From contig OX597814.1 of the NCBI GenBank assembly GCA_951406725.2, positions 89,900,001-89,964,000 of the forward strand: a stretch of 64,000 bases of DNA, read 5' to 3'. Position numbers and translations under genes: made by a program. The stretch is from Octopus vulgaris. Lineage: Eukaryota. Below the pieces are notes generated by a model, which ran no database searches, was not told the DNA's origin, and saw only the letters and a program-made list of their open reading frames with translations. Position 1 is the first letter of the stretch. Each line of letters opens with the position of its first letter. This document shows positions 54,223 to 64,000 of this stretch, piece by piece.

Positions 54223-54629
54223 TAGGCGCAGCTGTGGCTGTGTGGTAAGTAGCTAGCTTACCAACCACATGGTTCCGGTTTCAGTCCTACTGCGTGGCAC
54301 CTTGGGAAAGTGTCTTCTACTATAGCCTCGGGCCGACCAAAGCCTTGTGAGTGGATTTGGTAGACGGAAACTGAAAGAAGCCCGTCGTATTTATGTATAT
54401 ATATATATGTATGTGTGTGTATATGTGTGTGTGCCTGTGTTCATCCCCCCAACATTACTTGACAACCGATACTGGTGTGTTTACTTCCCAGTAACATAGC
54501 GGTTCGGCAAAAGAGCCCGATAGAATAAGGACTAGGCTTACAAAGAATAAGTCCTGGGATCGATTTGCCCTACTAAAGGCGGTGCTCCAGTATGGCCGCA
54601 GTCAAATGGCTTAAACAAGTGAAAGAATA
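54223..54629 (+). mobile_element. SINE family A, full length
   Basis: tRNA-like head, CORE-like segment, internal microsatellite and 3' tail are all present. Confidence 0.93.
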
Positions 54630-55639
54630 TTAGCTAGAAAAATTGGCGATGTAGGGAGTGCGCGATAGGCGATGGATTTTCGTATATCCAATCATTAAAT
54701 CCCAATTTGTTGGTCTCGAGCCTATGTTAGATAGATCTCAACATATTTTTTTTTATCTCTTCTCTTGAGTTATTTAAATGTTTTTTTTTTCTTTTCTGTT
54801 GTTGAGATACTCTATTTTCGTGAAAGGATGCTTCTAACTGGACAGTCTTCATTAACTAACGTATCCACTGTTATATTCTTATATCACGTATTTCCCCGCC
54901 TTTTCTCTTACTTTAGCATGATACTTATATGTTTGTTATTCTTCACTTTCAATATATTCTGAAAATTATTAATAAAAAAAAATTCATGCTCTGTTGTTAC
55001 ATAAGCCCATGAATACAGAGAGACGTGTCCGTGACGTCAAACATCAAATAAATGGTCAGCTTGCCTGATGAACGAGTGGAGTGCTAATGTGTTATTAAGC
55101 TATAAAGAATCATAAAGCGCACGATAGAAATGCAATAAACCTGTGCAATCTATAACTTCAATAGCCGTAATTAGATAAGGAAACATACCTATAGGAAGAA
55201 CACCTGGTTTAGTCTCTCTCCCTCTCTCTCTCTCTCTCTTCCAATCCATCTCCCTCTCTCTCTCTTCCAATCTCTCTCCCTCTCTCTACTACGCTCGCTC
55301 TCTCTACGCTCGCTCTCTCCTACGCTCGCTCTCTCCTACGCTCTATCTCTCCTACAAACCAATTATAGCTTTACGAATTCAGAAAATGAATGAAACAGTA
55401 ATATTCTGATAAAAATTCAGTATAATTTTACATCTAGATCTAAATTACATAGTTCTGGGACTAAATTGAAATTTCGTTCTTGATATTCTAGTACAGCTAA
55501 TCACAACTTATCTATACACATCTTCCTCCTGAACACTACCCACTTCACCCCCTTTCCCCTCTTCTACCACCCTTCTGCTCTGCCTCTTCACACTCTTTCC
55601 TTCATTTTGATTCATTTCCTGTTTCCGTTCGCGTTACCA

Positions 55640-55920
55640 TACATGGCATTTTCTTTCCAGCACAATGCTCTTCACCGGACCCCAAAAACACACCTTCTAC
55701 ATTATAGACTCTTTCCAGTATTCCTCCAGCAACTGAAATCTGCTCCCCTATGTTCCCTCTGCAATCTGATCTACACTAGGTTAACTGGCCACTAACTGGC
55801 TGACAAGTTTGCAGAGCATCTCAAAGACATCCTAGTTAGCAACGACTCAACTGTCTCAATATTTTCGCTCCACAGACCACTCCACAGACCACTCCCCACA
55901 ATCACTATCAGTCTTTGTCT
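55640..55920 (+). pseudogene. Decayed PLE GIY-YIG fragment related to the 23116-24714 frame
   Basis: CSLCNLIYTRLTGH*LADKFAEHLKDILVSNDSTVS aligns with [36 protein letters not shown]. Confidence 0.8.
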
Positions 55921-56339
55921 TGGTCCCTAAACCCAAAACCCCGCTCCGTGTTCTCATGAATATTTAACCTACCAAACATTAAGACACTGTTTTCTTTTCA
56001 TGAAAGCCTTAACTAATATCGTACTTGTTAAATTGTTCAATGCATATATACTATGTGTGTGTGCGTGTGTATAATATATTTTATTTTGGTTATGACTTGG
56101 CTGAAGATAATGTGCACTAACATGTAGTACTCAGAGTAGCAAGACGACCGAAAGAAAATATATTACTAATCACTACTAATATAGTGGGTACTCCTTTTCC
56201 CAATGTTTAACATTAAATGTATATAAATATGTACATACATGTACATACATACATACATACATACATACATACCTATCTATCTATGTACCTATCTGTATAT
56301 ATATATATATACTTACATATATGTATATGTATACATACA

Positions 56340-56441
<102 letters not shown>

Positions 56442-57574
56442 TACACACGTACTCATATATACATGAAACATGTAACTAAATAAGGAAGCATCTGTGTTGT
56501 CGAGTGACCTATTAGAAAAGTCAGTTAAATGTTATGCCACTGTGTTACAAAAATTAACATCTTGTATGACATCATTGCTTTTAATATAAGCCAAAAGCCT
56601 GTGATTTATGAGATTATATTTACCTCGTCATTTAAGAGAAACTTTATTACGTTACGCTGCTGTGGAGGAAAAGCAAAGTTGGTCGTTGCATGATTTGAGC
56701 TTCGAACAAACTCATAGAAATGGAAAAACTCACTGATTTCATTCTGTTTTGACGCATTAAGTATTCCCAATTCACGCTCCCACTCCATTTGCCTGACAAT
56801 AGATATCAAAATAACGAGATGACTTGGACCTAAATGCTTTTGCTCGAGCAATACTGACATGAAGGTAAATAAACAACACCTTATAACACATACGAATAAA
56901 TGAAAATGTGTTAGGTTAAAAAGATAAGAAATATATCATTGCCCCTATCCAAATACTTAACGATGAAGAAAAGTTATAAATGGTATATGCATGTTTCAAT
57001 ATGTAATTTCCTAGAAGTGTATATATTACCATTCCTGTCAGACGGTAATTCACATTTAAAAAGGAATAACCAGAATTTAATTTATATCGGGCACTTAATG
57101 CCAAAAACCGTTTTTTACTTTGCGATATTTATCTCTGTTATGTGACGGGAAATGTAAAATTCTTGGAATTTTCTGTGTGAGTGTAAGACATCATTCTAAC
57201 TCAGCAGTAAATATGTAATTTATCTTTACGCAAGTAGATTTCTAAAAGTCATGTTGGCTTATTGATTTAAAGTGTGAATAGATTGATATAAAAGTACGAT
57301 TATTGTTTCTAAGTGATTCTCTGCAGGAAAATTGTAAATACAACTTCATCATGATAATAAATCCTTTCAAATGTAAATATATACATACATATGTCAATAT
57401 AAGTCAATATAATATGATGATATTCACATCAACATGATGAAAGATGTTGCGTTAGACAATCATTTCATGGACCAAAATGCCACCAGTTAGCTTTATATAT
57501 GGGCTGTGGACAGCAGAATTTCGAAACTGCCAAATAATTTTAATATTTACAAAGATAAAATTATAGTTTTGGCC

Positions 57575-57980
57575 CTGAACAAAATGTTTAGTATTTCGTC
57601 TGTTTTTCGTTCTGAGTTCAAATTCTGCCTTATATTATTTCGTGATCGTTAAATTAAATACTAGTTAAGCACTTGAGTTGATGTAATCAAATTACCCTGG
57701 TCCCGAAATTGCTGGCCTTGTACCAAAATATGGAACAGGCATTGAGCCGGCAGAATTGTTAGCATATCGGGCAAAATGCTAAGCGACATTTCGTCTGTCT
57801 TTTGTGTCTTAGCGTAATTTTGTCTGTTCTTGGTACAAATTGCATCGAAGTCGATTTGGCCTTCCATCGTCTTGGAGGGGTGTCAATAAAAATAACTAAC
57901 AATCGAGCACTGGGGTCGGTTTAATTGATTTAGCCCCTCCCCCGAAATTGCTGGCCTTGTGCCAAAATTTGAAACCAATA
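57575..57980 (+). mobile_element. SINE family B, two decayed tandem copies
   Basis: Repeated cccgaaattgctggccttgt.ccaaaat tails at ~57702 and ~57941; head gagccggcagaattgttagc at ~57744. Confidence 0.75.
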
Positions 57981-58033
57981 TTTAATAAGCTGCACAAGAT
58001 TCAAATGTTCATTTAAATCCATTAAAATTTTAT

Positions 58034-58076
<43 letters not shown>

Positions 58077-58079
58077 ACT

Positions 58080-58867
58080 AAGCGCTACCCGTTCGGGATA
58101 AACTCTACCGACACAGCTCGAGAAACACGGGGCCGATCTGCCCGAGATGCGGTCAGAGCGATGAAACCGTTCTGCACGCACTCGCGTAGTGTCCAACCAT
58201 CTACGACCTGTGGGCCTACGTCGAACGACTGCTGTCACGTGTGGGACGAGTCGGTTTATCAGCCAAGTCTACCGTCAATATCATAACGCCTCCTTCCTTC
58301 AAACGGGAAGGAAGAGCTATTTTCATCATAATTGTGGCTATGGCGAAAGAATGTATCTGGTGGACGCGTCTGAAAGGATTAGAGACAAACACTTTCCTCT
58401 CTGGTCAATTTCTCATCAACTTCTTCAAATATCACTTGTAAAGGAAAGTGAGAGTAGAGAGGCAATTTTTTTCTAGCGAATGCTTCATAAAAAGATGGGT
58501 ATAAATGACGAAACCACCTTGAGCATAATCTTATGAACCCGGAAAAATTTAAAACAGAGATTTACTTACTTGCAAATAAATGTGTTAACATGTAACATTA
58601 TTGACCGCGGTTACCGTGATCTTTTCCGTAGTCTTTTCTTTCCACGGATAAACCCTATCTGCTTCCCTCCTTACACTTTACATCATGACATTTCTGTGAT
58701 ACACGATCCCTATTGATCGTTTTTTTTCTTTTTCTTTTTTTTCTTTCCTTTTTACGACCTCTTTTAATCGAAAACCTATCCTACTTTTTTTTCCTCCCCA
58801 AAAAGAAAAGCTCTACTTTGTAATTTGTCCCGTCTGTGTTCAACCCTGTGTGGCTAATAAAGAAACA

Positions 58868-58868
<1 letters not shown>
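58080..58868 (+). mobile_element. 5'-truncated copy of the Tx1 LINE inserted within (TATC)n
   Basis: Aligns with 34998-35847 (PPSFKREGRAIFII.VAMAKECIWWTRLKGLETN and 3' UTR); (TATC)n at 58035-58075 and 58869-58966. Confidence 0.95.
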
Positions 58869-58966
<98 letters not shown>

Positions 58967-59021
58967 GAGTGTGCGTACATATCTATATGTGTGAGCGTGT
59001 GTCTATATGCGCATGTATATG

Positions 59022-59061
<40 letters not shown>

Positions 59062-59064
<3 letters not shown>

Positions 59065-59708
59065 AAAATTTAGGACAATCAGTAAGTTGTCATATTAGTA
59101 CTCGGTGTTTCAAATGCCGGAGCTAAGAGCTACGATACATTCTCATCGGCTGTTAAAGGAACAGAAGCTATGGAAAACCGTTGAATAAAAGGGAAGTAGA
59201 AAAATTATAAAACATAAAAAATACACGCAACCATATTCTCACAATACATAGAAATTAAACCTCCTGTGTTTATATCGTCTACATACGTACACACTCACAC
59301 AAACATGTATATATACATGCACATACGCACACAAACATATATGTGCATGTACTTATGCATATACGCATATCCACACACACACAGCTATAAGATCTTGGCC
59401 AAGTGTAAACCTTATGACAACGGTAGTTGTTATGTATATACACATGTTTGTGTGAGTGTGTACGTATGTAGACTTTATGAACGCTGGAGGATTTATGTCT
59501 ACGTATTGTGAGAATATGGTTGCGTGTATTTTTTTATCTTTTATATTAATTATTTAATTATTAGAGTAAATTCCATTTTATTCAACTTTTTTCATCGCGT
59601 CTATTGCTATTAATAGCTGATGAGAATGCATGCATCGCAGCTCTTAGCTTCGGCATTTGAAACTCCGAGTATTATTATGATAATTTACTGTTCGTCCTAA
59701 ACTATACA
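59062..59708. repeat. Diverged inverted repeat (~260-bp arms) carrying hammerhead motifs; probable inverted PLE pseudo-LTR pair
   Basis: 59062-59318 versus 59432-59708, e.g. aaaaatacacgcaaccatattctcacaatac / gtattgtgagaatatggttgcgtgtattttt. Confidence 0.85.
59611..59677 (+). ncRNA. Type I hammerhead ribozyme with intact core
   Basis: TAATAG-CTGATGA-GAATGC(loop)GCATTT-GAAA-CTC C GAG-TA-TTATTA; GUA cleavage triplet. Confidence 0.75.
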
Positions 59709-59743
59709 TATATGAATAATCCTCTATTTACCTAATATCAAGT

Positions 59744-59880
59744 CTTCTTCTTCTTCTTCTTCTTCTTCTTCTTCTTCTTCTTCTTCTTCTTCTTCTTCTT
59801 CTTCTTCTTCTTCTTCTTCTTCTTCTTCTTCTTCTTCTTCTTCTTCTTCTTCTTCTTCTACTTCTTCTTCTTCATCTTCT

Positions 59881-59881
<1 letters not shown>
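59744..59881 (+). repeat. (TTC)n microsatellite
   Basis: Directly visible. Confidence 0.98.
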
Positions 59882-59914
<33 letters not shown>

Positions 59915-60428
59915 TGTATGTATGTATGTATGTATGTATGTGTGTATGTGGCTGGGTGGGTTGGTGTGTATGTGTCCGAGCGTTGAATCTTAAAGAAAAG
60001 CTAAGGGAAATCGCATAAGTAACCAATCATATAGATCAAATCAGCAGTACAACGAAATACAATGCCAATCCCTTTAAAACGCTAACCACCTTAACAGTAC
60101 AAGAATCACCTTTCCACTACATCTACACATTGAAAGCAGTTTACCAACAGCCTCTCAGCAACAACACACCCCGATAAGCTCAGTGACTACTACTAAATTC
60201 ATGCCGCGACAGACAGAGAAAATGCCCTTGTAGCCGAGGATTTTAAACTTACAGAGACAATATTTATATATTGCCTGAAGAAACACAACTAGATCTCATA
60301 ATGCAGGGAAACATTTGCATTAGCAAGTACCTGCGCTTCTAGAGAACTACATTGCGTGCAAACAATTGTAATGATGAAAAAATAAATGTCCAAACGTACC
60401 CCTTCTGGTTGACTCCAATCTTTTCAAT

Positions 60429-60776
60429 GGGCACCTTGGGCAAGTGTCTTCTACTATAGCCTCGGGCCGACCAAAACCTTGTGAGTGGATTTGGTAGACG
60501 GAAACTGAAAGAAGCCCGTCGTATATATATATATATATATATATATATGTGCGTGTGTGTTTGTGTGTCTGTGTTTGTCCCCCTAGCATTTCTTGACAAC
60601 CGATGCTGGTGTGTTTATGTCCCCGTCACTTAACGGTTCGGCAAAACAGACCGATAGAATAAGTACTGGGTTTACAAATAATAAGTCCCGGGATCGAGTT
60701 GTCGATTAAAGGTGGTGCTCCAGCATGGCCGCAGTCAAATGACTGAAACAAATAAAAGAGTAAAAGAGTAAAAGAA
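60429..60776 (+). mobile_element. SINE family A, 5'-truncated
   Basis: Starts at ggcaccttgggcaagtgtcttctactatagcc; tail (gtaaaaga)n. Confidence 0.92.
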
Positions 60777-60923
60777 TATATATATATATGCTGTTTTGTT
60801 CTTAATTTTCTCAAAATTTTGGATTATGATTTTAATACCATCTTTGCAAATTTTATTATGAATATCTTATACTATATACTTATAACCTCCCACATAAGCA
60901 ATCACGTACATGCACTCAGACTC

Positions 60924-60972
<49 letters not shown>

Positions 60973-61495
60973 CACACACACACAGAGACACAATACACGC
61001 ACATAATAATTAAAATTTTTGAGAGAAATATCATAGCAAACAGACATTCATCATTCCTTAAAATAGTTCGATTTAGCGTTAATCTTTTTATTTTGTCCGA
61101 GTATCCCCAGTTCATCTTCACGTGTTGTGCCGTGTTTTACCGCGCAGTTGGAAGTATGAGCAGCTATCCTGGAAACCATAACATGTGGCGAGATGTAATA
61201 ACTATAGTAGGAGGCTGGAGGCTGGTGGCAGGTAAGTGGTGACGGCGATAAATTGAGAGAGGGGTGGGACGAAAGGTCCATTAAAAAGATCAAATAATCT
61301 CAAATGGCCTGCTGTTAACCCATTAATATTTATGAAAGGCTTTTGAAGCACTCTGCTAAATATAATTTTACATGTATATTCATTTTTGGGGTTTTTTTTT
61401 AGAATTCGTTTTCGAATTCTATATAAATACTATAATAGCATAACCAGAATTTTTCAGCCCTTTCTTTAGATGCTATTGTTTGTAGCTCTGTAAAA

Positions 61496-61935
61496 GGCGG
61501 CGAGCTGGCAGAATTGTTAGTCCACCTGGCGAAATGCTCAGCAGTATGTCGTCAGTCGCTATGCTGTGTTCAAATTTCGCCGAGGACGTTTGTGCCTTTC
61601 ATCCTTTCGGAGTCGATAAAATAAGTACCAGTTGAACACTAGGGTAGATGTAATCGACTCATCCCCCAAACTGCCCTCGTGGCAAAAATTTTCAATAATT
61701 ATTTATAACGCTGTAAAAGACGGCGAGCTGACAGAATCGTTAGCAAACCGGGCAAAATACTTAGCAATATTTCGTTCATCTTCGCATTCTGAGTTCAAAT
61801 GTTCAAATGCTGACGGAGTCGACTTTGCCCTTCATCATTTCGGGGACCATAAAATAAGTACCAGTTGAACATTTGGGTCGATGTAATCGACATAACCCTT
61901 CTGAAACTGCTGGTCACGTGCCAAAGTTTGAGATG
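61496..61935 (+). mobile_element. SINE family B, two full copies in tandem (normal tail)
   Basis: Heads ggcggcgagctggcagaattgttag (~61496) and gacggcgagctgacagaatcgttagc (~61719). Confidence 0.88.
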
Positions 61936-62228
61936 TTTATTTATAGCTCTCTATATGTACTTTATATGAGTTTTTCCACTTTCACTTGAAAGTTTATAAA
62001 TTGGTTTATAAATGTCAGCTATACATATATTCTCTTCAGCCATTTGACTGCGGTCATGTTGAAACATGTTGGTATGTTTACATCCCCATAACTTAGCACT
62101 TCGGCAAAAGGGAACGATGGAATAAATACCAGGCTTAAAAGACGCACTGGGGTCGATGATTCATTGTTCAAGTTGACCCAGCATGGCCACAGTCTAATGA
62201 CTAAATCGAGTAAAAACTAAAAGATATG

Positions 62229-62431
62229 TTAGTTAGTTAGTTAGTTAATTTGGCTCAAAAGCAAATAGCAAGGCCATGTAGGGGGACATGGAGTTAAGTA
62301 CAGGGTGGTGTTCATGTAAAGAGTTCAGGCCACTTGAGGTCAAGGGAGGCTTTGAACAAAGCGGTCGTCGGCATCTTCACCATCTCGTCTGGCAGCTTGT
62401 TCCACGGATCCGCAACCCGGACGGAGAAAGC
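62229..62431 (-). mobile_element. CR1/L2-type LINE 3' end with (AACT)n tail
   Basis: Minus strand AFSVRVADPWNKLPDEMVKMPTTALFKASLDLKWPELFT* matches the FS.RV...WN.LP...V......FK..LD C-terminus; short UTR then (aact)n. Confidence 0.85.
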
Positions 62432-64000
62432 TCCTCTATATATATATACATGTATAGTCACATACTCACAAAACCTACCAGCCTATATATATATAGGCAA
62501 GTAGGTATATGTATTTCGTGGGTATATAGCTATACATCTATATGTGGATGCATTTATGTGTATATATATATATATCTGTGTAATGAATTGTTACCTTAAT
62601 GTGTACCAAATGTAATCTCAGTCAGACTGATTGTCCATCTAAAAGTACATTCTCATTAATTTATTACCCTTGAGTGCAGCAGAATATTCCAAGCTTAAGA
62701 ATTAGTGAAATTGTATAGATGCAATTTGATGAGATACCGTGCCCTTTCTAGCTAATATAATGTTAGTTAATTTATATTCCAAAAAACATATTTATCTCAG
62801 AAATTAACAGAGGTGTGAATAATGCGGCAATTAATGTTCTTTTATGCATCTTTTTGTTTCCTTTTGAAACATGAATCATTAAAGCTTTTGGTATCCACTC
62901 TATGGCTTTTTTGTTGATTTGCTGGGCGGAAGCAGAAGAAGGAATTGTATAGCTGGTATGTATCATATTTCACGAGTCACGTTGAGATGATATTCAAAAT
63001 TTATTCCGAAGAGAGTCGAGATCCCAATAATGCCAGCAGCGAAATTATCCTCAAATGAAATCTCAATGACTGAAAGATAAAACAAACACGTTGAATAATG
63101 TTCTTTTAGATATATTATGTCTGAAATAAAAGATGTCCACTACAGGAAAATATTTCTTTATGGCTTTGCTTCATGAAGGTTATCAAGAGATTATAAATAA
63201 ACAATCCTAAATTGTTACTGGATATTTCTTCAGATATTTATCGATATCATTTTATAGAATAATATATATTATAATTAGCGTTTTGTTTTTCATATTTATG
63301 TCGTTTTGTTATCGTGAAACTAAACGAAGTAAGGCATGCGTATGTGGTGAAGAAGATCGTTTCGCATCTTCGTGGTTCCACGTTCCATCCTAGTGCGTGG
63401 TAACTTATGTGTCTGTTTTCTGTAGTATGGTTAGATCTTGAGAGTTAAATTTATTAGATCGCAATTTTAGTACACACACGAACACACACTCGCGCGCGCA
63501 CACACACGTACATATTTATGTAAATATGTTTGTGTATCCAGCCCTGGCATATGGTCTACTGTAGTTTAACACGTGGTAGCCAAATAACCATATAAGAATT
63601 GTTAAATGCACGCGACGAGACTTTTACCCGAATCATACTAAACTAGTGGGACTCGTTGAAATTTCGCAGAACGAAAAAGATTAAGAGAAGTTATTCAAGA
63701 AAGAAAGGATAATTTGCATTTTTATTTTCATTTTGCTAAGTTATTTCACTTCTAGTCACAATAATATATGACCTAAGAATTCCCTCTGTTAAGCATTTTA
63801 TATTCCTCTCTTTCTCTCTGCCTCTTCAACAAACTTTTACCCATGTAATTCCTGTCTTCAAGTCTTCTTCATATCTCATTTCAGTTCTCATTTCTCTTCA
63901 CCTCTCATTTCCACTAACTACATGACTGACTGCATAACGCATTGGCTGGCTATCTGCTCGCCCACTCTTACAATCCATCCCACTCTCCCTCACTCCACTC

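Noticed and set aside
54223-54300. tRNA genes at SINE heads
   Set aside because: A/B boxes are present but continue into SINE bodies repeated throughout the window; no complete cloverleaf

Overview
AT-rich, microsatellite-dense eukaryotic DNA made almost entirely of transposable elements. No host protein-coding gene can be supported. The SINE families and repeat landscape look like an octopus (coleoid cephalopod) genome; this is an inference, not a database result. Main elements: a near-full-length decayed L1/Tx1-clade LINE (30579-35847) plus a 5'-truncated sister copy (58080-58868); a 5'-truncated Penelope-like element (PLE) with an open RT + GIY-YIG frame (22715-24714, minus) and several PLE remnants; decayed RLE-type (R4/Dong-like) and CR1-like LINE fragments; a fold-back mariner; a four-unit non-autonomous Helitron array; and three tRNA-derived SINE families. 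The most interesting signals are: (i) both Tx1 copies are flanked on both sides by (TATC)n, suggesting a (GATA)n-targeting LINE; (ii) a SINE variant carrying a Tx1-like 3' tail is joined three times at the identical nucleotide inside the tRNA head of its own family, suggesting a self-targeting SINE; (iii) a 358-bp-period repeat has a minimal hammerhead ribozyme at the tip of a long rod-like stem (retrozyme-like); (iv) several more hammerhead motifs and large palindromes sit within (TA)n/(TG)n tracts. Most short ORFs in the track are translations of microsatellites. Boundaries of decayed elements are approximate.
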